Shown piece by piece: positions 6,912 to 17,298 of a DNA stretch of 37,341 nt. The DNA lies in NCBI GenBank assembly GCA_030524605.1, contig JAUNGH010000001.1, positions 2,242 through 39,582 on the forward strand, in the 5' to 3' direction. Within the stretch, counting starts at the first letter, position 1. Each line of letters starts with the position of its first letter. The notes beneath the pieces are model-generated. The model was not told the origin of the DNA. It worked only from the letters and a program-made list of their open reading frames with translations, and searched no databases. A program made the translations under genes and the position numbers. This DNA is from Oscillospiraceae bacterium. GTDB lineage: Bacteria; Bacillota; Clostridia; Oscillospirales; Oscillospiraceae.

Positions 6912-9149
6912 ATGATATCGCTTCATGATCACGGCGTATTTCTGGCGGACGGCGCTCTCCGCGCCGAGGCGCCCCTCTCCCCGGAGGAGGGCCGCAGGCA
7001 GACGATGGCCTGGAGCATCCTCCAGGCCCACAACACCAGCGGCGACCCGGCCCGCTTGAAGATCCGGTTCGACGCCATGCTGTCCCACGACATCACCTAT
7101 GTGGGCATCATCCAGCAGGCCCGGGCCTCCGGCATGAAGGAGTTTCCCATCCCCTACGCCCTGACCAACTGCCACAACAGCCTGTGCGCCGTGGGCGGCA
7201 CCATCAACGAGGACGACCACGTCTTCGGCCTGTCCGCCGCCAGGAAGTACGGCGGCATCTACGTCCCCGCCAACCAGAGCGTCATCCACTCCTACGCCCG
7301 GGAGCAGATGGCCAAGGGCGGCGCCATGATCCTGGGCTCCGACTCCCACACCCGGTACGGGGCGCTGGGCACCATGGCCGTGGGCGAGGGCGGCCCGGAG
7401 CTTGCCAAGCAGCTTTTGAAAAACACCTGGGACATCAGCTATCCCAAGGTGGTGCTGGTATATCTCACCGGCGCGCCGAAACGGGGCGTCGGTCCCCACG
7501 ACGTGGCCATCGCCCTGGTGAAGGCCACCTTTGCCAGCGGCTTTGTGAATAACTGCGTGCTGGAGTTCGCCGGCCCCGGCATCGCGGGCCTGCCCATCGA
7601 CTTCCGCAACGGCATCGACGTGATGACCACGGAGACCACCTGCCTCTCCTCCATCTGGGAGACCGACGCGGTGACGGAGGGCTTCTACAAAGCCCACCAG
7701 CGGCCGGAGGACTACAGGGAACTGCATCCCGGCCGGTACGCATACTACGATAAGTACATTGAAATCGACCTCAGCAGGGTTGAACCCATGATCGCCCTGC
7801 CCTTCCACCCCTCCAACGCCTGGACCATCCACGAGTTTTTGGAGAACGCGGAGGAGATCCTCGCCCAAGTGGAGGCCGACGCCCAGGCCCGGTATCCCAA
7901 GGCCCGCGTCAAACTGACGGACAAGATCCACGACGGCGGCGTGTGGGCCGACCAGGGCGTCATCGCCGGATGCGCCGGCGGATTGTTCGACAACATCGAC
8001 GAGGCGGCGGACATCCTGCGCCACGGCAGCTGCGGCAACGGCTACTTCACCCTGGACGTGTACCCCACCAGCGTGCCTGTCAGCCTGGAGCTGACCAAAA
8101 CCGGCGCCACGGCGGATCTGCTGCAAAGCGGCGCGGTCATCAAGCCCAGCTTCTGCGGCCCCTGTTTCGGCGCGGGGGACGTGCCCGCCAACAACGGCCT
8201 GAGCCTGCGGCACACTACCCGCAACTTCCCCAACCGGGAGGGTTCCAAGCCCGCCGAGGGCCAGTTCGCAGGCGTGTGCCTGATGGACGCCCGGTCCATC
8301 GCCGCCACGGCCCTGAACGGCGGCAGGATCACCGCCGCCACGGACATCGACTACACCCCCGTCCATCACGAATACCACTTCGACAAAGGCGTGTACGACC
8401 GGCGGCTGTACTACGGCTTCGGCAAGGCGGATCCCAGCGTGGAGCTGATCATGGGCCCCAACATCACCGACTGGCCGAAGATGCAGCCCCTGGCGGAGAA
8501 CCTGCTGGTGGAGCTGGCGGCGGTGCTCCACGACCCCGTCACCACCACCGACGAGCTGATCCCCTCCGGCGAGACGTCCTCCTACCGCTCCAACCCCCTG
8601 CGGCTGGCGGAGTTCACCCTGTCCCGCCGGGAGCCCGCCTATGTGGGCCGGGCCAAGGCCGTGGCCGAAGTGGAGGCGGAGCGGCTTGCGGGCAAGGCCC
8701 CGGAAAAGCTGAAAACCATTCTGGACAAGGTGGGCGGCGCGGACGCCCTGCTGGGCGCCACCCAGTTCGGCTCCTGCGTGTTCGCCAACAAGCCCGGCGA
8801 CGGCTCCGCCCGGGAACAGGCGGCGTCGTGCCAGAAGGTGCTGGGCGGCTTTGCCAACATCTGCTACGAATTCGCCACCAAGCGTTACCGTTCCAACTGC
8901 ATCAACTGGGGCATCCTGCCCTTCACCCTCGACCGGGAGACCGCCTTTGACTATCAGCCCGGCGACTGCGTGTTCGTCCCCGGCATCCGGCAGGCCATTG
9001 AAAACGGCGTGGAGGACATCCCCGCCAAGGTCATCAAAGCCGGCGGCGGCGTGGAGAACATCCTGCTCCACGTCAGGGGTCTGACGGCGGATGAGAAGGA
9101 GATCATCCTGGACGGCTGTTTGATGAACTACTACGCCAAACGGGCATAA
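6912..9149 (+). CDS. Aconitase-family hydratase, YbhJ-like (745 aa)
   Basis: RBS AGGAGGT before ATG 6912; TNCHNSLCAVGGTINEDDH, GSDSHTRYG, IAGCAGG, FCGPCFG, TTRNFPNREG and GDGSAREQA match the YbhJ clade. Confidence 0.9.
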   Translation: MISLHDHGVFLADGALRAEAPLSPEEGRRQTMAWSILQAHNTSGDPARLKIRFDAMLSHDITYVGIIQQARASGMKEFPIPYALTNCHNSLCAVGGTINEDDHVFGLSAARKYGGIYVPANQSVIHSYAREQMAKGGAMILGSDSHTRYGALGTMAVGEGGPELAKQLLKNTWDISYPKVVLVYLTGAPKRGVGPHDVAIALVKATFASGFVNNCVLEFAGPGIAGLPIDFRNGIDVMTTETTCLSSIWETDAVTEGFYKAHQRPEDYRELHPGRYAYYDKYIEIDLSRVEPMIALPFHPSNAWTIHEFLENAEEILAQVEADAQARYPKARVKLTDKIHDGGVWADQGVIAGCAGGLFDNIDEAADILRHGSCGNGYFTLDVYPTSVPVSLELTKTGATADLLQSGAVIKPSFCGPCFGAGDVPANNGLSLRHTTRNFPNREGSKPAEGQFAGVCLMDARSIAATALNGGRITAATDIDYTPVHHEYHFDKGVYDRRLYYGFGKADPSVELIMGPNITDWPKMQPLAENLLVELAAVLHDPVTTTDELIPSGETSSYRSNPLRLAEFTLSRREPAYVGRAKAVAEVEAERLAGKAPEKLKTILDKVGGADALLGATQFGSCVFANKPGDGSAREQAASCQKVLGGFANICYEFATKRYRSNCINWGILPFTLDRETAFDYQPGDCVFVPGIRQAIENGVEDIPAKVIKAGGGVENILLHVRGLTADEKEIILDGCLMNYYAKRA

Positions 9150-9150
9150 A

Positions 9151-9273
9151 AAAGATTGAAGATTGGAGAGTGAAGAGTTGAGATATGGTGTTTCGCCTCC
9201 GGCGGAACAGATTTAAGATCGTCCGGCTGCGCCGGACACCGAATCTCTACTCTCAACTCTCCACTCTTCACTC
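9151..9273. repeat. Inverted heptamer-repeat stem-loop element, copy 1
   Basis: Left arm AAAGATT GAAGATT GGAGAGT GAAGAGT TGAGAT; right arm ATCTCT ACTCTCA ACTCTCC ACTCTTC ACTC; two internal hairpins. Confidence 0.8.
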
Positions 9274-9290
9274 CGGAAGTGAGGTATGTT

Positions 9291-10508
9291 ATGGATAAAA
9301 TTCGCATGACCACGCCGCTGGTGGAGATGGACGGCGACGAGATGACCCGCATCCTGTGGGGCATGATCAAGGAAAAGCTCATCCTCCCCTTCGTGGACCT
9401 GAAAACCGAGTATTACGACCTGGGGCTGCTGCACCGCAACGCGACGAAGGACCAGGTGACCATTGACGCCGCCAATGCCGCCAAGCGGCTGGGCGTGGCT
9501 GTCAAGTGCGCCACCATCACCCCCAACCGCCAGCGGATGGAGGAGTACCCGGAGCTGACGGAGATGTGGAAGTCCCCCAACGGCACCATCCGGGCCATTC
9601 TGGACGGCACCGCCTTCCGGGCGCCCATCGTCCTGCCCTGCATCCACCCCGTGGTGAAGAACTGGGAGGCCCCCATCACTATCGCCCGCCATGCCTACGG
9701 CGACATGTACAAAGCCGTAGACATGGTGACGGACGAGCCGGGCACCACCACGCTGACGTTCAAGGGCGAGAGCGGCGCAGAAAAGACCCTGACCGTCCAG
9801 ACCGTGGACGGCCCCGCCGTGTGGCAGGGCCAGCACAACAAGGAGGCCAGCATCCGGGCCTTTGCCCAGTCCTGTTTCCAGTACGCCATCGCCCAAAAGC
9901 AGGACCTGTGGTTCTCCACCAAGGACACCATCTCCAAGGTCTATGACGGCGAGTTCAAGCGGATCTTTGAAGAAGAATACGAGAACACCTATCAGGCGGA
10001 GTTTGAAAAGCTGGGCCTGACCTATTTCTACACCCTGATCGACGACGCGGTGGCACGGGTCATCCACTCCAAAGGCGGGTTCATCTGGGCGCTGAAAAAC
10101 TACGACGGCGACGTTATGAGCGACATGGTGGCCACGGCCTTCGGCAGCCTTGCCATGATGACCTCCGTGCTGGTTTCCCCCGACGGCACCATGGAGTTCG
10201 AGGCCAGCCACGGCACCGTCACCCGGCACTATTACAAATACCTGAAGGGCGAAAAGACCTCCACCAATCCCATCGCCACCATCTTCGCCTGGAGCGGCGC
10301 CTTCAAGCGCCGGGGCGAGTTGGACGGCCTGCCGGATCTGGTGAAGTTCGGCGAGGCCATGGAGGCCGCGTCCCTGGAGACCCTGGAGAGCGGCGTCATG
10401 ACGAAGGACCTGACCGGCCTGGTGGACGAGGGCTTCCCCGTGACCGCCGTCAACAGCGAGGAGTTTCTGGACGCCGTCGCGGCACGGCTGGCGGAAAAGC
10501 TGGCTTAA
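9291..10508 (+). CDS. icd: NADP-dependent isocitrate dehydrogenase (405 aa)
   Basis: VEMDGDEMTR, VKCATITP, WKSPNGTIR, NYDGDVMSD, EASHGTVTRH and TNPIA motifs; RBS GAGGT before ATG 9291. Confidence 0.96.
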   Translation: MDKIRMTTPLVEMDGDEMTRILWGMIKEKLILPFVDLKTEYYDLGLLHRNATKDQVTIDAANAAKRLGVAVKCATITPNRQRMEEYPELTEMWKSPNGTIRAILDGTAFRAPIVLPCIHPVVKNWEAPITIARHAYGDMYKAVDMVTDEPGTTTLTFKGESGAEKTLTVQTVDGPAVWQGQHNKEASIRAFAQSCFQYAIAQKQDLWFSTKDTISKVYDGEFKRIFEEEYENTYQAEFEKLGLTYFYTLIDDAVARVIHSKGGFIWALKNYDGDVMSDMVATAFGSLAMMTSVLVSPDGTMEFEASHGTVTRHYYKYLKGEKTSTNPIATIFAWSGAFKRRGELDGLPDLVKFGEAMEAASLETLESGVMTKDLTGLVDEGFPVTAVNSEEFLDAVAARLAEKLA

Positions 10509-10525
10509 GATTTGAAAACCTGAAG

Positions 10526-10560
10526 AAAAATGAGCTGTCGGAACCGACAGCTCATTTTTT
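10526..10560. terminator. Bidirectional intrinsic terminator
   Basis: AAAAATGAGCTGTCG-GAAC-CGACAGCTCATTTTTT. Confidence 0.92.
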
Positions 10561-10584
10561 GATATCCAAACGCGGCCTCCCCAT

Positions 10585-10782
10585 TCACCGCAGGCCGGAC
10601 AGGTCCGCCAGCTCCTGGGTGCTGCTGCTCTGGCTCAGATTCTGGAGACCGGCCAGCGTCGCCATGCTGGTGCTCAGCTGGGTAAGCAGCAGGGCCGCGT
10701 GGGTCAGTTCCTCCGTGCTCATGCTCTTCGCCAGTGCCACGGCCAGCGCATAGACGCTGGCGCTCTGCTCGAAAGCGTCCAT
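10585..10782 (-). CDS. Small helical protein, DUF6774-like (65 aa)
   Basis: Purine-rich RBS GGAGGGAGAGG; ALAVALAK...EEL...LLLTQL...AT pattern resembles that clostridial family. Confidence 0.6.
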   Translation of the reverse strand: MDAFEQSASVYALAVALAKSMSTEELTHAALLLTQLSTSMATLAGLQNLSQSSSTQELADLSGLR

Positions 10783-10878
10783 GTTCCTCTCCCTCCCCCC
10801 TACAGCCTATGCGGGCGGCGGCGCCTCAGATACCGGGGAGGACGGGGCTGCCCTGCGGCAGGAAGGCCGCTTCGGACT

Positions 10879-12009
10879 CTACGGCTGTTCCCCGCCTATG
10901 TTCGCCATCAGGGCGGCAAGGCCGTCAAAACGGGCGTTCAAATCTGTGGGGAAGTTCACGGACAGTGTGCAGACCACATTCTCCCGCCGGGCCAGAAGGA
11001 TCTGGGTCTCCCCGTCCGTCAGCAGCACGGCCTCGTCAAAGCGGCCATCCTCCACCGTTGTTTCCGTCAGGCCGGGAAAGTCCTGCCGGAAGCCCGCCAA
11101 CTTCTCCCGGTACAGGGGGGCGGAGAGGAAGTCAAAGCGCAGGCGGTCGCCTGTGTTCCCGATCCGCCGCTGCTCCTGATCGTACAGCTCCACCGTCTGA
11201 TGGGCGGGCCGCAGGAAGCCGCTTCTCCGGCTGTAGGTCTCAAAATCCAGGTCCCAGTCCTCCAGGCGGCTGTCCGGGGCCAGGCCGGACACCCCCATGA
11301 TGGGAAGGCTTCCGGCGTCCGGCCGCAGCAGCATCACCGTAAGGGCCCTCCCCGGTATGACCATCAGCCAGACAATGGCCAGCGCCGCGGCAAAAAGGAT
11401 CTGCCAGCGGCGGCTTCTCCGCCAGTCCCCCCTGCATTGCGGGATCAGGCCGGCCGACACCGCCCGGCGGGCCCGCCCCACCGCCAGCAGCGCCCGCGTG
11501 CCATACGCCGCCGCCAGCAGCAGCCCGCACGGATATGCGATCAGTGCCAGCAGTGGCATATCCAGCAGATTTTCCAGCGGCGTCCCGCCCAAGAGGAGGG
11601 GCAGCAGCAACAGCAGTGCCGCCAGCATCAGAAACAGCCATCCCTCCCACCATGCGCGCCGCAGGGGCTTCTCCCAGGCCCAGCCCCAGACCACCGGGTC
11701 TGTCTGAAGCTCCGGAGCGGCGGGGTCGTCACAGTAGAACACCTCAAAATCCGAGGTGATGGTGGACGCGAAGACCCAGCCCATGGCCTCGCAGGCCGCG
11801 AACCGCGCCTGCCACGCCTCCCTCGTCTCCGGTCCGCAGGGCTGGACGCGGACGCGGCAGGCAGTGCTCTCCCGCCGCTCGAACTTTGCCAGCCGCGGCC
11901 CGCAGTCCGTCAGCCGCCAGCCGCGGGCGGCCTCGTCCTCCAGCCACCGTTCAATGGCGTCGGGCGCCCACAGTTCCATGGGACGCAGGACGTATTTTTT
12001 CTTTCTCAC
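10879..12009 (-). CDS. DUF2812-domain membrane protein (376 aa)
   Basis: GTG start at 12009 with RBS GGAGG; IERWLEDEAARGWRL...GWVF...ELQTDP pattern followed by TM helices. Confidence 0.82.
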   Translation of the reverse strand: MRKKKYVLRPMELWAPDAIERWLEDEAARGWRLTDCGPRLAKFERRESTACRVRVQPCGPETREAWQARFAACEAMGWVFASTITSDFEVFYCDDPAAPELQTDPVVWGWAWEKPLRRAWWEGWLFLMLAALLLLLPLLLGGTPLENLLDMPLLALIAYPCGLLLAAAYGTRALLAVGRARRAVSAGLIPQCRGDWRRSRRWQILFAAALAIVWLMVIPGRALTVMLLRPDAGSLPIMGVSGLAPDSRLEDWDLDFETYSRRSGFLRPAHQTVELYDQEQRRIGNTGDRLRFDFLSAPLYREKLAGFRQDFPGLTETTVEDGRFDEAVLLTDGETQILLARRENVVCTLSVNFPTDLNARFDGLAALMANIGGEQP

Positions 12010-12022
12010 ACCGCGCCTCCTC

Positions 12023-13237
12023 TCATTCCGCCAGAAGCTCCGCGAAATACCCTCCGGCGGTCCGCAGGTCTGTGGGCCCCGCATACTGCAGGTACAGGAC
12101 ATTCCTCCCCCGGGATGCCACCACGGTCTGCCAGCTGCCTGCGGAGCGCCACCAAAAGCTATCCAGTTCGCCGGGCCCCTGGGCTGTCATCGGCGTTTCC
12201 ACATCCAGCTTTGACATGCCGGTCCGTGTGGTCCGCGCCAGCAGGTCCTTCTCCAAAACAGGGGCCAGGGCGGGAAACAGCAAACGGTAGTAAGCAGTGC
12301 TGGCATAGCTGTCGGCATATCCCACTCTCCCCGTGCCGTCCGGATTCTCCACAAACTGCCTGCACCAGTACATCCGTGGCGCCAGCTCGTGTATCTTTGT
12401 CTTGATCCCGGAATAGTTCACACTGTCCTCCGGCACGCCGTCCAGCGCCCGCAGATCCACATAGACGACACCGGGCTTCGGCACATCCCCCTCGCCGGCG
12501 TCCCAGGCGTAGGATGGGGGAAAATTGCCGGAGCGAAAGAGCGGAACGACAAAGAACACGCACCACCAGACCACCAGAATGGCCCTGGTGATCCGCCTCC
12601 GCCAACTCCTGCGGTATGCCTTGGGCCGCTCCAGCGGGATGCCTGCGCGCAGGGAGCAGATCAGGCGGCACATGCTTCGGATCTCCAGACATTCCAGAAA
12701 TACCGCCGCAAGCAGCGTTAGCCAATACAGCGGCATCTGCAGGGGCACGTCCTGCTCCAGCGCCGTCCACAGCGGCGTTTCGCCGGTCAGACACGACCAC
12801 GCTGCAAAGCCCGCCAGCACCAGGATCACCAGCAGGTGGAGCCCCGCCTGCCGGGCCATGTGATGTCTCAGGTAAGCGAAATCCTCCCCCTGGACCACCG
12901 GGTCGGTGTCCAGCTCCCGGGCGGCGGGGTCGTCGCTGCGCCAGATGTGGTACACGCCCTTCAGCGTGCCGACATATTCCCAGCCCAGTTCCCGGCAGGT
13001 CTCCACCCACGCCGGGTCCGGGGCGCTCTCCCGCTTCAGCAGGGGCTTCAGGCGGTAGCGGCACGCCTGGGCGCCCACCCGGTCGAAATGCCCCTTTCCC
13101 CGCCGGAAGCCCACCAGGCGGTATCCCGCCCGGGCGCTGTCCTCCAGCCAGGTCTCGATGGCCGCCACGTCGTAAATGCTGACGGGGTACCGCTCCTCAT
13201 ACGCAGCGTCCTTCGTGGGGTCCTTTCCAAATCTCAT
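12023..13237 (-). CDS. DUF2812-domain membrane protein (404 aa)
   Basis: ATG 13237 overlaps the PadR stop (ATGA); IETWLEDSARAGYRL...GWEYV...ELDTDP. Confidence 0.82.
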   Translation of the reverse strand: MRFGKDPTKDAAYEERYPVSIYDVAAIETWLEDSARAGYRLVGFRRGKGHFDRVGAQACRYRLKPLLKRESAPDPAWVETCRELGWEYVGTLKGVYHIWRSDDPAARELDTDPVVQGEDFAYLRHHMARQAGLHLLVILVLAGFAAWSCLTGETPLWTALEQDVPLQMPLYWLTLLAAVFLECLEIRSMCRLICSLRAGIPLERPKAYRRSWRRRITRAILVVWWCVFFVVPLFRSGNFPPSYAWDAGEGDVPKPGVVYVDLRALDGVPEDSVNYSGIKTKIHELAPRMYWCRQFVENPDGTGRVGYADSYASTAYYRLLFPALAPVLEKDLLARTTRTGMSKLDVETPMTAQGPGELDSFWWRSAGSWQTVVASRGRNVLYLQYAGPTDLRTAGGYFAELLAE

Positions 13238-13551
13238 GGCTTTCCCTCCTCCCTCTCGCCGTCGGCGATGCACAGCTTCAAGCGGCTCAGTTCCTGGCGG
13301 AACAACCCCCGGCCCCGGTCCGTGATGGCGTAGGTCCGCCTGCGGCCCTCCACCGCCGTCTCCCGGATCAGGCCCTCCTCTGAAAATTTTGCCAGGATGG
13401 TGTACAGCGTCCCCGGCCCCAGGGGGACCCGGCCCGCCGTCATGCCGTCCACGAACTCCACGATCTCCGTACCGCACCGCTCCTGCCGCAACAGGCTGAG
13501 CAGAACGTAAAACATGCTCTCCGTCAATACTTTCAGCGGTTCCTTCGCCAT
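13234..13551 (-). CDS. PadR-family transcriptional regulator (105 aa)
   Basis: LTESMFYVLLSL, LGPGTLYTIL and RRRTYAITDRG motifs; RBS GGAGG before ATG 13551. Confidence 0.93.
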   Translation of the reverse strand: MAKEPLKVLTESMFYVLLSLLRQERCGTEIVEFVDGMTAGRVPLGPGTLYTILAKFSEEGLIRETAVEGRRRTYAITDRGRGLFRQELSRLKLCIADGEREEGKP

Positions 13552-13563
13552 GGGCCATCCCTC

Positions 13564-13622
13564 CAATATCGAAAGACGATATTTCCTGTCTACAGTGTAA
13601 TATCGTCTTTCGATATTGTCAA
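13564..13622 (-). promoter_or_regulatory. padR promoter with two palindromic operators
   Basis: TTGACA (13622-13617)-N17-TACACT; AATATCG-N5-CGATATT at 13565-13583 and 13599-13617. Confidence 0.85.
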
Positions 13623-13741
13623 TAGTTTTTCGCATATCTGCGCGATTTTCTTCCAAAGCTGCCAGGTTTTGAGGGTTGCTTCCACTGTTGGCTTTCCTGT
13701 ATCATTTTTTGAGGAATTCACCACAGAAAGGAAGAACCCCC

Positions 13742-14581
13742 ATGAAACGACCTACAAAACGGCCGCGGCACGGCAGCTTCCGCGTATTCCGGAGAGCCAC
13801 CGGAAAGGCCGCCCTGTGCGGCCTGCTGGCCGCCGTCTCCCTCTCCATGTCCGCCCAGGCGGCCAGAACGGTGCCCGTCCAGGTGGACGGCAAGACGCTG
13901 TCCGGCACCTCCTACCTGGAACAGGGCGTTACATATGTGCCCCTGCGGTACCTGCTGGACGCCCTGGGCGGCTGGGAGATCCGCTGGGACAGCACGGCCC
14001 GGGCGGCGGTGGCCGTCTCCGGCTCCGCCCGTCTGACGGCAAGCCCCACCGAAAACACCGTGACGGTGGACGGCAAGACCTTCTCCGGCCATGTCACGGT
14101 ATCCAACGGGCGGACCTACGTCCCCCTGCGGCTGGTGGCGGAGGCCCTGGGCGGCAGGGCGGCGTGGGACCCATACCTGGGCGGCGCGGCTGTGACCTCC
14201 GCCGGGGCGGACTATGACGCCATGGACCTGTACTGGCTCTCCCGCATCATCAGCGCCGAGAGCGGCGGCGAGCCGCTGCGGGGCCAGATCGCCGTGGGCA
14301 ACGTGGTTTTGAACCGCGTGGCCAGCCGGGAATTCCCCAACACCATTCCGGAGGTCATCTTCGACCGGGTGGACGCCGTGCAGTTCGAGCCGGTGGAAAA
14401 CGGGACGGTGTACCGGACGCCAACGGCCCAATCGGTGGAGGCCGCCCAGCGGGTCCTGGACGGCGAGAACGTCATCGGCTCCGCCATGTACTTCTACGCC
14501 CCGGCCCTGTCTCAGGGCGTTTGGATCAACGCCAACCGGACCTACTTCCAGACGATAGGGTGCCACAGATTCTATCTGTAA
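13742..14581 (+). CDS. Secreted SleB-like cell wall hydrolase (Hydrolase_2) with an N-terminal copper-amine-oxidase-N1-like domain
   Basis: Signal peptide; two TYVPLR repeats; LSRIISAESGGE...AVGNVVLNRV...FPNTI.EVI...QFEPV...IGCHRF. Confidence 0.9.
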   Translation: MKRPTKRPRHGSFRVFRRATGKAALCGLLAAVSLSMSAQAARTVPVQVDGKTLSGTSYLEQGVTYVPLRYLLDALGGWEIRWDSTARAAVAVSGSARLTASPTENTVTVDGKTFSGHVTVSNGRTYVPLRLVAEALGGRAAWDPYLGGAAVTSAGADYDAMDLYWLSRIISAESGGEPLRGQIAVGNVVLNRVASREFPNTIPEVIFDRVDAVQFEPVENGTVYRTPTAQSVEAAQRVLDGENVIGSAMYFYAPALSQGVWINANRTYFQTIGCHRFYL

Positions 14582-14653
14582 AAGATTGAAGAGTTAAGAG
14601 TGAAGAGCGGAGATGAAGGACTTCCTAATCTCCACTCTTCAATCTTCACTCTC
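14581..14653. repeat. Inverted heptamer-repeat stem-loop element, copy 2
   Basis: AAAGATT GAAGAGT TAAGAGT GAAGAGC GGAGAT, 13-nt loop, ATCTCC ACTCTTC AATCTTC ACTCTC. Confidence 0.8.
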
Positions 14654-14662
14654 GCGCAGCCG

Positions 14663-14691
14663 TTGACTTTTCGCCCTCCTGCGTCTAAAAT
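14663..14691 (+). promoter_or_regulatory. sigmaA-type promoter
   Basis: TTGACT-N17-TAAAAT. Confidence 0.8.
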
Positions 14692-14723
14692 AGGGACATC
14701 TGAATTTGCAAAGGAGCATTTTT

Positions 14724-15533
14724 ATGCTGTTTTCTGATCGTCCCAGGACCCATTACCAGAACGCCCCGGCTCATGAGGTCATCTGCCAGCTCCGCTTCCC
14801 CACCATCCTCACCATCAACAACGTGGAGCCCGCCGACTTTCAGGAGTCCATCCGGGACGAGTTCCCCCAGTACGCCCGGCGGCAGGACACTGCCGCGCCC
14901 AAGCTCTCCGGCCTGGGCGGCCCTAACGTCCGGGTGGAGCAGCAGCCGCCCGTCACCAATTACCATTTTCTCTCCGCCGACGGCAGTTGGAAGCTGAACC
15001 TGACGAAGGACTTCATCGCTCTGTCCACCCTCCGCTACCCCGGCTGGGAGACGTTCGCCCGCCATCTGGACAAGCCTTTGGCGTCCTTCATCAAGCTGTA
15101 CAAGCCCGCTTACTTCCAGCGGGTGGGCCTGCGTTATGTAAACGTCATCTCCCGGACCCGCCTGGGCCTGGAGGGAACGCCCTGGACGGAACTGCTGGCC
15201 CCGGCCTACACCGGCCCCCTCCAGGAGGAGGACGTGCGGGAGGACCAGGTGCTGAACTGCGGCTGCGATCTGCTGCTGAAGCTGGACTCCAGCTGCCAGG
15301 CCAAGGTCCACGCCGGACCCGGCCGCATCAAAAACAACGCCCCCGGTGCAGTGCAGGATCCCGAGGTCAAATTCATCTTTGACCTGGACCTGTCCATGAC
15401 CGGCAATACCCCCTGTACTCTGGCCGCCGCCGCGCTGGAGACCCTCCACGGCCATAGCACACGGATCTTCGAGGGCGCCGTCACCGACTGTCTGCGGGAG
15501 GCCATGGAGCCGTCTCAGGGGCAGCAAAGGTAG
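14724..15533 (+). CDS. TIGR04255-family protein, uncharacterised (269 aa)
   Basis: RBS AAAGGAG before ATG 14724; YQNAP..EVICQLRF, Y.GWE.F, RVGLRYVN and FDLD...H...FE motifs. Confidence 0.8.
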   Translation: MLFSDRPRTHYQNAPAHEVICQLRFPTILTINNVEPADFQESIRDEFPQYARRQDTAAPKLSGLGGPNVRVEQQPPVTNYHFLSADGSWKLNLTKDFIALSTLRYPGWETFARHLDKPLASFIKLYKPAYFQRVGLRYVNVISRTRLGLEGTPWTELLAPAYTGPLQEEDVREDQVLNCGCDLLLKLDSSCQAKVHAGPGRIKNNAPGAVQDPEVKFIFDLDLSMTGNTPCTLAAAALETLHGHSTRIFEGAVTDCLREAMEPSQGQQR

Positions 15534-15549
15534 TATCTCTCTCAAAAAC

Positions 15550-15596
15550 AAAAATCAGCGCCTTTGTCCGCCCGTGGAAAAGGTGCTGATTTTTTT
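15550..15596 (+). terminator. Intrinsic terminator
   Basis: AAAAATCAGCGCCTTT...AAAGGTGCTGATTTTTTT. Confidence 0.85.
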
Positions 15597-15732
15597 GTAA
15601 AAATTGCAGGAAACCGATTGCTCATAGCGATTATATTTTAGGGAATTTCTATCTTGTGTAAAAACCACAGTTTCCTTTATTCTATACGTGGGAAATTTAT
15701 CACATTAAACACACAAAGAAAAAGGGGCATAA

Positions 15733-17085
<1,353 letters not shown>

Positions 17086-17119
17086 ATTCAGGTGAGCAGG
17101 CTCCCTTTGGACGCCAAAG

Positions 17120-17153
17120 AAAAACGGGAGCGGAGCCATTTGGCTCCGCTCCC
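17120..17153. terminator. Terminator hairpin, stronger T tract on the minus strand
   Basis: GGGAGCGGAGCCA-TT-TGGCTCCGCTCCC preceded by an A run. Confidence 0.75.
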
Positions 17154-17182
17154 TGCTTTAAGACATTCGGCGGAAATCCGGA

Positions 17183-17233
17183 ATCCCGGCGGATCGTGCT
17201 TCGGCAGAATCCGCCGGGATCCTCTTTGCTTTT
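17183..17233 (+). terminator. Second hairpin with a cUUCGg loop
   Basis: ATCCCGGCGGAT..TGC-TTCG-GCA..ATCCGCCGGGAT followed by CTCTTTGCTTTT. Confidence 0.65.
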
Positions 17234-17298
17234 CATGCTGTCAAGCCCGATACAAAAAGGACGAACTTATCAGACCTTTTTCAGCCCCGGCGGCCTTG

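Noticed and set aside
6861-9071. 736-aa antisense ORF opposite the hydratase; similar long ORFs at 15700-17139, 9213-10229, 29762-31150, 20455-21675 and 10699-12405
   Set aside because: These are shadows of real genes caused by GC-rich codon bias. They show no recognisable motifs, and the opposite strand encodes clear protein families.
9151-9273. CRISPR-like or tRNA-like element
   Set aside because: Units are 7-nt degenerate tandem repeats without spacers, there are no cas genes, and there is no TTC T-arm/acceptor-stem cloverleaf.
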